Position numbers and translations under genes: made by a program. A stretch of DNA of 64,000 nt. Source: the human T2T-CHM13v2.0 reference genome, Homo sapiens. The notes under the pieces are model-generated. The model saw only the letters and a program-made list of their open reading frames with translations. It did not search any database and was not told where the DNA came from. Positions 38,190 through 51,559 of the stretch are shown in pieces; within the stretch, counting starts at the first letter, position 1, and each line of letters starts with the position of its first letter. The stretch lies in the NCBI RefSeq assembly GCF_009914755.1, contig NC_060942.1; one strand, given 5' to 3'.

Positions 38190-38480
38190 GAGTTTTGTTT
38201 GTTTTTTTGAGATGGACTTTTGCTCTTATTGCCCAGGCTGGAGTGCAATGGCGTGATCTCGGCTCACTGCAACCTCCAGGTCCAAGTGATTCTCCTACCA
38301 GCCTCCCGAGTAACTGGGATTTCAAGTATGTGCCACCATGCCCGGCTAATTTTGTATTTTTAGTAGAGATGGGGTTTCTCCATGTTGGTCAGGCTGGTCT
38401 CGAACTCTCGACCTCGGGTGATCTACCTGCCTCGGCCTCCCAAAGTGCTGGATTACAGGCATGAGCCACCGCGCCAGGCC
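38190..38480 (-). mobile_element. Alu (AluSp/Sq-like)
   Basis: gctcttattgcccaggctggagtgcaatgg; ctccatgttggtcaggctgg; ends gagccaccgcgccaggcc. Confidence 0.95.
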
Positions 38481-38839
38481 AAACATAGGTTTTATGTGAT
38501 TGCAATGGTGAGGAAATGTAATTTTAAGCACTACTCTTTCATTCTGTAATAACGCTTTACACTGGCATAGCACATTGCTACATGCAAAAGACATTTTTGC
38601 ATGTTTTTATGATCTTATTTCAGATTTTTCTCTTTTTCATGTATTTGTGTAGTCTTCATATTTACAACCTTTAATACAATTCATGTTTTGTTAGTTGAAT
38701 AACCATAGCAAGCTTAATTATTATTTTTTTAAATTTTAATTTTCTCCCCGCCTCCCCACAGTGGTCAAGGTTGGTGTTCCTTCTAGATCCTTTCCAAATC
38801 TTTTCAGCATTTTTGTGTTGATAGAAATGTGAATAATTT

Positions 38840-39270
38840 TAGATTCTTTTGGGAGGCTAGCTGGTAGAATGTATTAAAATTTAAAATGTATATGCTCTTT
38901 GACCAAGAAGTCTCCTTTTTAAAAATTTTTATTTCCAGAGATTGGATAGCTGGAAAACATATTGAGAAATTATTCATAGTAGCAAACGGAAAAACAAAAC
39001 CCCAGAGCAAAATAATAAAAACCTGGTGACAAAGTGGTTGTCCAGTAATAGAATATTATGTAGCCATTAATGAGAATGAAATGGAGTTATACCAGTTGAA
39101 TTGAAGGGATTTCCATAAAGTATTGGTAAGTGAGACAAAATGCAAGCCATTGTGCAGAATGTATAGTATAATTCCATTTCTGGAAAATAGACAAGATAAA
39201 AACAAACAAAAACAAAAACAAAACTGTAAAATATAGATGACCCAAATGAAAGCACAGATATATTCACATC
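38840..39270 (+). mobile_element. L1ME-type 3' fragment
   Basis: atgctctttgacccaag-like segment, gaatattatgtagccattaa, cagaatgtatagtataattccattt. Confidence 0.6.
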
Positions 39271-39373
39271 CTAGTCACAAATTTTATTTTTTCACGTAAC
39301 TGGGATAGTGATATTTGAATGACACTTATCTGTTTCTTTGGAGCAGAAATTATTACCCACCTCTAATACCTCA

Positions 39374-39768
<395 letters not shown>

Positions 39769-39939
39769 GGTTAAAGGAGACATTTATTTTGAATGTACAC
39801 AAGTAGTGTTATTCTTAGTCAATGATTTTGCTTTACATTTTCAGTACTGCTTTAAAAACATTATGATATTTGTGCCTGGAGTAAAATAAAATAGTTTGTT
39901 AAAGAGTGTGTCTCTCCTAAAAATGATAAGGATGATGAC

Positions 39940-40150
39940 TAACTTTCCTAGTTTTTACTACATTCCAGGATATATGGCTGATTGCTTTACATATATTATC
40001 TTAATTGTCGCAATTCTGAGAGGTATTATTATTTGCTCCATTTTACAGGAAAACCCAGAAAGATTAATATTTATCTAAGGTTATACAGCTTGTGAGTGGT
40101 AAAGTCAGATTTGGAATCAGAGTGGCTGACACCAAAGCCTGTGTGCTCAC
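39940..40150 (-). mobile_element. MIR SINE
   Basis: gaggtattattatttgctccattttacagg...aaggttatacagcttgtgagtgg. Confidence 0.7.
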
Positions 40151-40636
40151 TCACCTTCCTAAATGGCCTTTTAGTGTCTTTCTATGAAATGAACAATTTT
40201 CCATACATGAAATTAATGCTTTCTTGAAATATCATGGATAGAGTTAATTTTCTTGAATTAAATAATAATTTACAACTGACTTATTTTTTAAAATTAGATA
40301 CATGTCCCTAAGGCCTAACTGTTGGTCAAATGACATTATAAAGTTATATGTGTGTATATATATGTCTCTCTATATATTTACATATGTCCATATAGAATAT
40401 AATGTATGTATATATAGAACATTATGTATCATTATATATATTGTAAATACTATTACCTTTGATATACACACGCATGTGTATATAGAGAGTGGAGTGGTGT
40501 GAGTGGGATGGAGAAGCTCTGTATTTTATTCTGTGTCTGGGCAGTGGTTTCACTTTTCTCTTGTTTGGGTTCTAGATGGCAGGAGGGAAGATGAGCTCTG
40601 TGCTGCTCATCCTATGGGTTTTTGTATTGCTTTCAG

Positions 40637-40744
40637 GATTTTCAGATACTTTGGTTAAGTCAGTGCCCTAAGAAAGACTGGAGGTGGTAGATGCAGCTAT
40701 AAGATGAAGGAACCTGAACAATCCATGAACAGGAGGAGTTTGAG
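40637..40744 (+). ncRNA. Candidate lncRNA exon with tandem acceptors (40637/40646)
   Basis: ttttgtattgctttcag|gattttcag| and GAG|gtaatt; purine-rich exon body in an AT-rich context. Confidence 0.4.
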
Positions 40745-41217
40745 GTAATTATATTTAAAACATTAAATAATGTTTCTGTTCTGCATGTCGATTATTGCCC
40801 AATTCAACATAATTTATCTCCTGATGATATTTTCACTTTCAGTAAAATCTAAGTTGTAAGTAGACTTGGAAATATACTAAAAGTAATAGAATGAGATTGT
40901 CTATATTGCAAAGTAGAATTTCTGTTGTAGATTTTTAAAAATCAACTTTATAAACATAGAGGATTTGTGGGATAATTGTGAGTTCTCTATTTTACTAGGG
41001 ATGGTAAAAATATATTAGGCATATATTAAGATGTTTCTGTATTATAATCTCTTAACCTAAAATAAAAATTTTCAGTACATAAAGGGCTATCTATTCAAAA
41101 TTAAAAGTATTCAGGGGTAGAAAAAAGTATTCAGATTAGAAAGAAAAAATAAAAAAAGTAATAAAATCCACAAAAACATCAATAACTTCTTATGCTCCAA
41201 TGTTTAAAAACTGCAGA

Positions 41218-41330
41218 CTTGTGAACCCGGGAGGCGGAAGTTGCAGTGAGCCGAGATCGCGCTACTGCACTCCAGCCTGGGCTACAGAGTGAGACTCCGT
41301 CTCAAAACAAAAACAAAAACAAACAAACAC
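41218..41330 (+). mobile_element. 5'-truncated Alu (3' part of right arm) with a 12 bp TSD
   Basis: gtgaacccgggaggcgg...gagactccgtctcaaaa; aaaaactgcaga at 41206-41217 and 41331-41342. Confidence 0.95.
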
Positions 41331-42149
41331 AAAAACTGCAGAGCTTCTTCCACGGCAAAACTCAAACATTTTCCTTATTGATACTCTGAAGACAAGATTA
41401 GGTTTGCATTTCCACAAAGTGCAAGCTCACTGGAGGAAGCAAGCAGCTTGGTTGATGGGGCATCTGTCTGCACTCAGGGAATGTCACTCCACTGTTATTT
41501 TGATCCTCCTTTAAATACTCCTCTAGTTTTAGGAAATATACCCAAGGGTTGGATATCAGGAATTCTCTCTATGAATTGATGGAGATCTGCTAATGAATCT
41601 TTTCTTAATTGCCCAAAGACAAAATAGTAATTGTTTTTGGTGTAGCATCACAAGGATGGGAAAAGTTTTCATTTCCCATGCCAACTCTGACGCAATGGTA
41701 GTTGTTTCTTAGGTTGAGAAGGATTTTGAGGCCAGCTTCAATTTTGAGTTCAGTCAAAGTGTTCTGGGACCAGTACATCATGCTGAACTTTGGAGATTAC
41801 CATATTTGATAGACCGACCTTATGTGGACATGTTTCCTATTGCAAATACATAAACATATTAAATGTAAAGAGTGTCAAGAAAACACTTTAAAGTATATAC
41901 TCAAGCAAGCAAGAAAGGGAAAGTTGTGGGTTTCACAAACAAAAAGAAAACTGCAACTTAGAAGGGAGCGCTACAGTTGATGCTGAGGTGTGCCATGGGC
42001 TTAGGTCTCAGGAACTGCGGGCTGGGAGTTTAATGCTTAATCTTGACAAGGCATGGCTTGAGGGCTGGGACTCAGACCCTCAATTCCAGATACTCAAAGG
42101 GCTACCGGTCTTTGTAAAGGAACTATACAAACAAATATCTTTGGGTCAG

Positions 42150-42820
42150 ACCAAAAACTTGGGATTTAATAGAAGCAAAGATAAAAATGTATCTGAAGAG
42201 ATCTTTCCACAAGTAAGGGTACATGGGACTTCTACTGGAAAACACCTTTTGCTGAAGATGAGCTAAAATAAATTGCAAACTATATGAAGGACAAACCCAC
42301 CGTGGTGTAGAGTCAGCAGATGCAATAAATGGGAACACAGTAACCAAGACTGTGAGAAAACAGAACGATCCAAAAGAGACATAAAATAGAAATTCTGAAA
42401 ATGAATAGAAATAAATGATAGAAATTATATGACAAGCAAATGACCTTCTAATAAAAGAATAAGCAGATTTGAAAAAGAACAAAATAGAAATTGTGAAAAG
42501 GAAAAATATTGACATTTAGAATTCAGTAGATGGGTCAAAGAACAAACTAGTCATAATCGAAGGCAGAATTATTGAATCAAAAGGTAGAGCTGAAGAAATC
42601 ACCCAGAATATAGTACAGAGAGATAAGGAAGTGGAAATTTGAAGGGAGTTTTTGTGATTTGCCTGATAGACTAAAGAGACCCAATACAAATCCAAATGAG
42701 AGTTCTGGAATGAAGATATTCAGAGAATTGGGGAAATGTAATGTTGGAAGGCTAGGAGGCTGATAATTTTCTAGAAACGAAGAAAAATTTGAGTCCGCAG
42801 AATAAAGAGGCACACTCCAG
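42150..42820 (+). mobile_element. Old L1 ORF1/HAL1-like fragment; continues at ~44980-45040 and ~46441-46680
   Basis: gatttgaaaaagaacaaaatagaaatt...gaagaaatcacccagaatatagtacagagagataaggaagtggaaa. Confidence 0.7.
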
Positions 42821-42899
42821 CAATTGCAGTCTCTCTCCTTCTCTCAATCAGTTTTTTTCCTCTCAATTATGTTATTATCATCAGCAAGAAAAGATATTG

Positions 42900-44475
42900 C
42901 AACAACTTGTCATAGTAAAATAAAGCAAACTTCCCTTGTCTGCTACTCTGCTCCAGATACTACTCCATTCCTCTGCTCCCTTTCACAGCAACACTCATTC
43001 AGAGTTGCCTAAAGTCCCCATGTATACTTTCTCTGCTCTTATTCTTTTTCAAAACCCCTCTAATCAGGATTTTATCCTGGTCACCACATAGGAACAGTTT
43101 ATTACGGTTACTGAGGCTGCCCACATTGCCAAGTCCAGTGGCCGATTCTCCATCTTCATGATGTGCAACTGGCAGCATTGGACAGAGTTGTGTGATTTCT
43201 CCTCTTGGAAACGTTTTCTTCTCTTGGCTTCTAGGGACCACTTTCTCTGGGTTCTCCTCATACTGTTCTGATTGTTCCTTTTCAGTTTCCTTGTTGGTTC
43301 CTTTTCACCTGTGGACCTTAAACATGAAGTTTTTGAGGATGTAGGCTCCTTCCTTACTCTCTAAGGCAATCTCCTCCCAGTCCTGTGGCTGTGAGTCCTA
43401 CTGCTAACAACTCCCACATTGCTCTCTCCAGCCTGGACCTCTTCTCTGAAATTCAAATTCCCATATCCAGCCTCCTATACCACAGCTCCATTTTACCATC
43501 TGACAGACATCTCAAACTCACTGTCTTCAAAGGAAAACCCCTGACATTGCATCTCTCCCTCCACCTAAACTGTTCTTAACAATTGCCCATGTCACAAAAA
43601 GATTTTTTTCATTCTTTCAGTTATTTGGTTCAAAGAATTTCATGTGATGCTTGTATCTTCTCTATCTCATACCCCATATCCAATTCAGCAAATGTCGCCA
43701 GTTCTATCCCGAAAAGATACCCAGACTTTGACCATTTCTCAATGCCTCCATCACTACTGCCATGTTCTGTCATCTTTCCTCCATCATCTTTCCTCTGGAC
43801 CATGGCAGTAGTCTACAACTGGTCATTCTGCTGTCCTTCCTACTTGCATCCCTACACAATAAAATGTCTGTTCTCTGCGCAACAGTCACAATGAGCCTTT
43901 TAGACAAATGTCATACTCTATTATTTAAGACTGTTTAGTGGTTTCTCAGAGCCTTTCCAAAGTCTTTGCAATGGACTGGAGGATCCGTGTGCATTACTCA
44001 CCCCTCCACGTGTCTGACCTGATCCATTCTCCCTCTCACTACTCCTGTCCAGACACATTGGCTTCTATGCTCTTCCTTGAGCACAGCAGGCATTCTCTGA
44101 CCTCCAGGCTCGTGCTTGTGCTGTATCCTCTGCCGCAATGCTCTTTCCCCAGATATTTAGATAGTTGGTGTCCTCATTTTCTTCAGGTATCTGCTCAAAT
44201 ATCAGCTTATCAAAAAAGACCTCCTGACCACCTTATACATAGTACTCTCCCAGCATCCACTACCCCCATGTCCTAATTTATTTTTTTCCATAGCTCTTAT
44301 CATTATCAGACATAATGTATTTCCATGAGACTGTTAGTTAATTTCCATTTCCTCCCACCAGAAGGTAAGCTGCATGAACACAGGGACTTTGTCTGATTTG
44401 CTCTCTGCTGATCCCTAGTGCCTGGATCTAGCAAGTAGTAGGGGCACAATAAGTATATATCAAGTGAATGAATGA
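42900..44475 (+). mobile_element. Long L2 (L2a-like) 3' segment
   Basis: gcagcattggacagagttg...gacatctcaaactca...gtaagctgcatgaacacagggactttgtc...gtgaatgaatga. Confidence 0.85.
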
Positions 44476-44492
44476 GTTTCAAGCAGAATATA

Positions 44493-44976
44493 CAGCTGAC
44501 CCTTGGACAACATGGGTTTGAACTGTGTGGGTCCACTTACATGCAGATTTTTCTCAATAAAACTTATGCTAAGTGTGCCTGCCTCCCCTTCCACCTCCTC
44601 CTCCTCTTCCGCCTCTGCCACCCCTGACACAGCAAGACCAACCCCTCCTCTTCCTCCTCTTCTGCTACTCAACATGAAGATGATAAAAATGAAGACCTTT
44701 ATGAGATCCACTTCCACTTAATGAATAGTAAATATATTTTCTCTTCCTTATGATTTTTAATAACTTTTTTCTGTAGCTTACTTTATTGTAAGAATACAGT
44801 ATGTAACACATATACAAAACATGTGTTCAGCTGTGTATGTTATTGGTAAGGCTTCTGGTCAACAGTAGGCTATTAGTAGTTAAGTTTCTGAGGAGTCAAA
44901 AGTCATAGGCATATTTTCAACTGCAGGGGGTTGGGGAGCCAGTGCCCCAACCCCCACATTATTCAAGGGCTTCCTG
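44493..44976. mobile_element. Tigger2-family (TcMar) non-autonomous DNA transposon
   Basis: TIRs cagctgacccttggacaac / attattcaagggcttcctg flanked by TA on both sides. Confidence 0.85.
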
Positions 44977-45044
44977 TAAATATAAATCCAAATCCACACC
45001 TTGCCACATCAGAATGAAAACTGCAGAACATGCAGAACTATATT

Positions 45045-46440
45045 TTATTTATATGTATTTTTATTAATATATCATAGTTGTACTTATTTGGGGGACACAT
45101 GTGATAGTTTGATACATGTATATAGTATGCAGTGATAAAATGAGGGTGATTGGGATATCAATCACCTCAAATGTTTCTCTTCTTCTTATGTTGGAAACAT
45201 TACAATTCTTCTATCAATTTATAAATATGCAATAAGGTATTATTCACTATAACTTCTCAACTGCACCATTGAATACTAGAACTTATTGCTTCTATTGAGC
45301 TGTATTTTTGCATGCATTAACCAATTTCTCATCATCCTCTCTACCTGCTTTCCTCTGGTAACCACCATTCTACTCTCTCCTTTTTTTTTTTTTTTTTTTG
45401 ACAAAGACTTACTCGGTCACCCAGGTTGGAGTGCAGTGGTGTGATCATAGCTCACTGTAGCCTTGGCACCCTGGGTTCAAACCATCCTCCCACCTCAGCT
45501 TCCTAAGTAGCTGGGATTACAGATGTGCGCCACTATGCCTGGTTAATTTTTTTATTTTTTTGTAGAGTTTTTTTTTTTTTGCCATGTTGCTCAGGCTGGT
45601 CTCAAACTCCTAGGTTCAAGCCATCTGCCCACCTTGGCTTCTCAAAGTGTTGGGATTACCGGTGTGAGCCACTACACCCGGCCCATCATTCTACTCTCTA
45701 TCTCCAAGAGATCCACTTTTTCAGTTCCCACATAGGGATGAGAACATGCAATATTGGCCTTTCTGTGCCTGGCTTATCTCACTGAATATAATAACCTCCA
45801 GTTTCATACATGTTGCTGCAAATGCCAGGATTTCATTTTTAATGACTGAATAATATTCCTATATATATATATAAATTCCTATACATATATAAAGAAATGT
45901 ATGTATATATATCACATTTTCTTTATCCATTCATCACCTTGACTATTATTAATAGTGCTGCAATAAATGTGATAGTTCAGATATCTCTTAGATGTACTGA
46001 CTTCCTTTCTTTTGGATATATACCTAATAGTGAGATTGCTGGATCATATGGTAGTTCTATTTTTAGTTTTTTGAGGAACCTTTCATAATGGCTGTACTAC
46101 TTCACATTTCTACTAATGGTGTAGAAGTGTTCCTCTGTCTCTGCATCCTTGCCAGCATTTGTTATTTTTTGTCTTTTTGATTATAGTCATTCTAACTGGG
46201 GTGAGATGATATCTCATTGTGGTTTTGATTTGCATTTCCTTGATGATTAGTGATGTTGAGCATTTTTTCATGTACCTGTTGGCCATTTGTATGTCTTCTT
46301 TTGAGAAATTTCTATTCGGGTCTTTTGCTCATTTTAAAACTGGATTATTTGTTTTGTTTTGTTTTTTGCTATTGAGTTGTTTGAGTTCCTTATGAATATA
46401 GATTATTAATCCTTTGTCAGATGGATAGTTTGCAAATATT
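45045..46440 (-). mobile_element. L1MA-type 3' segment with a nested Alu
   Basis: ggggacacatgtgatagtttgatacatg...gagatgatatctcattgtggttttgatttgcattt...gatggatagtttgcaaatatt. Confidence 0.9.
45381..45683 (-). mobile_element. Alu (AluJ-like) nested in L1, with TSD
   Basis: Poly-T followed by Alu body; cattctactctct present on both flanks. Confidence 0.95.
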
Positions 46441-47229
46441 GAGAACTAAAATATTAAAAGAATCCAGAGAAGAAAGACAGATTATCGACAAAGGAATGAT
46501 GATTAGATTGAGAATAGAATTCTCAAAAACAATACCAAAAGATGGTGGGATATCATTAAATTGTGGAAGGCAAAAAATAATTCACCTACAATGAGTACCC
46601 AGCTAAGTTATTTAGGAGTAAAAGTAGAATGAAGCAATTGCCAATAATAAATTGGAATCCATGAAAAAGTTACTTAAAAATATACATGTATTGCCCATTT
46701 AACTCCAGTAATTCCTCCCCCAAAATCAGACATTCTAAATGAAAATATTACCAAGCCTATTTTTTATTATTTCAAATAGGAAAAATTATACTTCATTACA
46801 TGATAACCCCAAACCACTAACTATTTCCTAAAATGCAAATCAATACAGTAAAATATTAACATAATAAGCAACAACCATCAAATGTTTAAATAAATAAATG
46901 CTTAACGCATCACTTCCTGAGCAGAACACAGTGAACATAGCTATTAAACACTTGTCTGGAGTAATGTCATGATGCTTCTCTTTAGCATCACCAACATATG
47001 AGATGTACACTTCGCTGACTCTCAGCGGGCTTTTCAACATGGCTTCCCATGATTCTGACATCGTACCAATTGTATTTGAAATAAAACCCGTGACTCTTCT
47101 TGCATCTTGTTTTGCTTAAAATATTGATGAAATGTGGAGATGTACATGAACTTTTTCTATAAATATATCAGTCAAAAAACATTGTGCTTAGAAGTAAGTA
47201 AGTTTTATGAAGTTTGGGAATTAAAAACA

Positions 47230-47830
47230 GGGAAATGTTAATCTAAGTATTGGTTATCAGGGTATGCCTGTCTTTCAGTAAGAAGGGAATTGAAACCAAT
47301 GGAGAACCAAGAAATTGCTAAACATATTAGTAAAACAAACAAGCATTGATATTCAAAGAAAAAAAAGGTAACAATAATACTGAGTAAGGGGAAAGGGGAA
47401 AAATGAAGTGGAATTAAAACACTATCTAATAATAGGGAAGGAAGCAAGAAAGCATGAATGGCCCCCACCTTGTTCTTGTCCAATAGGAGGAGAGAGCCAT
47501 TGGTAATTTTTGACTTTATTGTTTGCTCATGTTATACGTTTAAGTGGTAATGTACTAGAAGAATAGAAATACAATGTATAACTTCAAGTCAGGAGAAGGA
47601 AACAAAATAGATTAAAGAAAGCTTGATCCCATAGAGGAAAGAATGTGGAGAAGAAGAAACAAGCAATGTAGCAATAAAATACCCACAAAATTAGAAGGTA
47701 GAAATAAGTTGAAATATCAGTAAGCAAATTATTCATTTAAAAGACAGGAAATCTCAGATTGTGTTGGAGAATATACTCAACCATATTCTGTTTTTAAGAG
47801 ACATACCTTAGACACAATGACTCAGAAGGA
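47230..47830 (+). mobile_element. Old L1M fragment (region around the ORF2 start)
   Basis: gaaatatcagtaa...ttaaaagacaggaaatctcagatt...aagagacatacct. Confidence 0.55.
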
Positions 47831-47919
47831 CACCACAAGATGTGAAAGAATCTTGTAAAGTATAGAATTCTTTCTGAATGGGAAGGACTGTTATTTATTG
47901 AAGTCACATCCCTCACCAT

Positions 47920-48082
47920 GTTATTCCTTGAATATCTTTATCTGATTGTTTTTTCTGCTAGAGTGTCAACTTTTTAGGGGCAAGAATCATATCTTTTTAA
48001 CAGTCTACCCTAATGTCTGACACCTATTAGTTTCTGAATAAATATTTGTTAAATGAACATGAATAAATATATAAATGAATGG
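47920..48082 (+). mobile_element. L2 3' end
   Basis: ctagagtgtcaactttttaggggcaagaatcat...aataaatatttgttaaatgaa. Confidence 0.7.
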
Positions 48083-49525
48083 ACAAGATAGCAAGTTACC
48101 CTTTGACATTTACTATTTTACCAGTGTGTGTCTGTGTGTGTGGCGGGAGCTGGGGGGGAGGGTGTTCTTTCCTTGAATTTGGACCATATTTAGGTATCAA
48201 TTTTATTTTATTTCTTATTCCAGCTATAATGAATATCTTGGTTATTTTGTAATATGTTAGGTCTTTATTTCCTAATTTCCTCCCCTTGTCATTCAATTGG
48301 CTCCATGACTGTAGTTCTCTTCTTGAAAACAAAATGATGCCAAATACATCAGATTTTGTAAAGCCTGCTTGGTGAGTGTATATTGTATCTTCTTTCAGTG
48401 TTTCTTATTTATGTTGCCCAAGATTGTGGTTATGATTATTTCTGAAAACTACAAAAACATCTCAATGCAGACACACCCTCATTTGTAAATAATGGTTGTA
48501 TCACTTAGAGACTATGTACAACTTGGTGAGCACTGGAATTAAAACAGTTCCTATCAACACTTTCTGTGAGGGCGTTAAGATTAGGGAGGTGTCTGGCTGG
48601 GCTCTGTCCTGTCCAGACTTAAACCAGTGAAGCTGCCTGGATCCAGGTTTCAGGCAGGTTTGTGTAACATGTAGTGACAGTTTGTGTTCCATCCTTGGGA
48701 AACCAGAGACAGGAAAAACACTATGCAATGTCCCAGTAACAAAGGACAACAGCACTTGGTGATAATTAATATAATCCTCATGACTAAAAATAGGTGTTAG
48801 CCAAGTTGTTCCGACATGTTGCTTCTTCTGGAGAAAATGTTTTCTGGATTTGGTTTTTATCATTTCTATTAGATCCAGCTTTACATTTTTGTGTGTGACA
48901 TGCTGTATGAACATTGCCTCATACTCTAAGCTTAATTCCAAATGATCAACATAGAGGCTGAGACTGCAAGACAAAATTGTGGAAAGCAAAAAATAATTCA
49001 TCTACAATGAGTACCCAGCTAAGTTATTTAGGAGTAAAAGTAGAATGAATATCTAGATATTCCCAAACACTGTTTTTCAGCTGAAAGTTTCATTTGTTGG
49101 GATGGATTTGCTGACCTTCCTTGACACTTTTGAACAATAGCCATCAACAAAATGATCCCCAAATAATCCATAAAGGTGTTGTTCAAATTCAGAGTCTCTT
49201 TACCAAGAATAATTTATTTGTACGGAAAAAAAAGTGAGCTAAAATGCTCTCTTTCCACTTTTTACATCTGAAATCACCATGATGCTCATTTGTGGGCTAT
49301 GTCTGGCTCCAGAGGTGCACAACCAAGAAGAGTCCCAGCTCCTGGGCTGTAGACTCCTTTTAGTGGCTCCATGGCCTTTGGTTTAGTCCAGCTCATATAA
49401 GGCCTGCATCTGGGAAATGCTGGGCACAGTTGAAGGCTCTCATTGGCAGCACAAACCCAAACCGCAACTTGGAGATCTGCTGAATGAGACACTCATCAAC
49501 AAAGAAAATGGATCATGGGGCCATT

Positions 49526-49633
49526 AGGTGACCAACTCTCCTAGGTTACCTGGGACTGGGGTCTTTGAATGCTAAAGACTTTAAATGCCAAAACCAGGAG
49601 AGTCCCGGGCAGACCAGGATGGTTGTTCACCCT
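49526..49633. mobile_element. MER94-like hAT-Blackjack MITE
   Basis: Terminal inverted repeats aggtgaccaac / gttgttcaccct with internal gggac/gtccc symmetry. Confidence 0.65.
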
Positions 49634-49750
49634 AGTGGACTGCTGGGCCTTTGGGGATGTGACAAACATCATGTGGACACCATTTGTGATAACCTGAAAT
49701 GCTTTCCCTGCACCATGTCTCCTGTTTTGTTTTTGTTTAATTTCCTTTAG

Positions 49751-49870
49751 GGCCAGGCACAGTGGCTCATGCCTGTAATTCCAGCACTGTGGGAAGCTAA
49801 GGCAGAAGGATCACTTGAGGCCAGGAGTTCAGGACCAGCCTGGCAAATAGAGCAATACTTTGTCTCACGA
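49751..49870 (+). mobile_element. FLAM/Alu monomer
   Basis: ggccaggcacagtggctcatgcc...gaccagcctggc; flanks tttaatttc on both sides. Confidence 0.9.
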
Positions 49871-50029
49871 AGGAATTAAGCAGTTTAATTTCTTTTACAG
49901 AAGATGTATACTACTTCTCTGGCTTTTGAAATCCTATTAGTTTTTCAAAGTATAGCTAAGATGTCACTTTCTTTGTGACACCTTCCTCGATTCACTTCTC
50001 CAATCCAAGTAGACTAGTTCTCTACTGCT

Positions 50030-50348
50030 GGAACGGGCCCGTGGTTCCTTCTCTGTACTTCTGAAATCCAAAAAGCTCTGAAAGTGGAAAGCATTTACAT
50101 CACTTACCTGACCTCAAAGCCCTTTGCAATCTTTATTTATCTCATGATTTTTTCTCAATATTTATTTATCTCATGAAGTGTGGATAATTATATAATTTTG
50201 CTGCATAAATATATTAATGACAGAGGGATGCTTGGGCTCTGATGTGGGTGTTAATAACCAATTATGCAGTACATTGTCTCCCTAGAAGCTGAAGACTTTA
50301 TACATGCGAGTGCTCCCAAGGGTTTCAGATAAGGGATCGTGGAGCTGT
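50030..50348. mobile_element. MER96B-like DNA MITE
   Basis: ttctgaaatccaaaaagctctgaaa...cccaagggtttcagataagggatcgtggagctg. Confidence 0.55.
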
Positions 50349-51559
50349 TCCTACCTCTACAAAGCACTGTTTCATTCTGCCTGCTTGTAGTTAATCTGGA
50401 TGTTCCTGAGCTTCAGCTTCCTCATCTTTAAAATTGGAACAATGCTGTCTGTCCTGACATATGAACGGAAAAGTGTTGCAAACAAATAAAAGGCATCATT
50501 ACCATTGCTCTGTCATCTCGCTTATCCTGGTATGCTTTGCGTTTTAGTTGTCTCTACAACTTTTAGTGAGTCTCTACAAAAAACTACCATTTCCATGGTT
50601 GATGTTCAATAAATATTGTGGGATCTGAGTGTGGAGTTAAAATGACAAGTTCATGCAGTTAAAATGACAAATTCATGAGTAATTTCTTCAGTGTCACATC
50701 CTGTCAGTCAAACTTAACATTCAGTTCATCTTAGTGAATTTCCAGAAAGAAGCCAGAATGTGGCCATTAAAATGTTGTCTCCACCCTGTTGACCATACGT
50801 AGAATAGGTCATAATATATAGAGGTAGCTTCTCATGGGGTATCCTTGAGCATGATTAAAAGAAGAATTGATAAACCCTTTAGAGGACATAATGTACAGTA
50901 TATCTGGGGCTGTGAGAAGTTGACACAACAGAAGATGAGCTCTTCTGGCATTCAGCACTCAGAATTGAGGTGAGTCATTCAGAGCGAAGCATTGTTCTCA
51001 GAATGGAAATTTGACCGAAATAGTCTTAAATCAAACAGTCAGTCTTTAATTCAAATGCAATCTGTAGCAACAAATTATGGGACACTGATTGGTTCAACGC
51101 AAATGCCAAAGTGAAAGAAACTTGGAACAACATTTGCATATTTCCAAATATTGAGATACTTGGTGCCAGGAAGGCATGGTTTTTAATCCTGAGCAGTCTA
51201 GAAGAATAATTGGTCATCTGTCACTCTTTTAAAGCCAGTTTTCTTATATATGACCAACAAATATTAGTAGTGCTTTTTCAAATGTAAAGGTATGGTATAA
51301 TAATTAGAGTTGAAAGGGATTTTGGAACCTCTTGACTCATGCAGAAATTTCTTCTTCAGGCAGGCAGCCACCTTCTTGAATGTGCTTGTGATGAGGGATC
51401 ATTGACTCCAAGTCACCTCTTTTTCTAGCAATTCTATTTGGTAGAAAATGATTTCTGATATTGACCCAAAATCTTCCTCCTTGTAACTCCCTTTTTTTGG
51501 TTTAAGTTTTGCTTTCTAGAACCTCTGAGGACCAAATGTGTTTTTTTCCCCATGATGAT

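Noticed and set aside
48501-49001. 166 aa minus-strand ORF
   Set aside because: No recognisable family or splice context, and its start lies within the duplicated 76 bp L1-derived insert.
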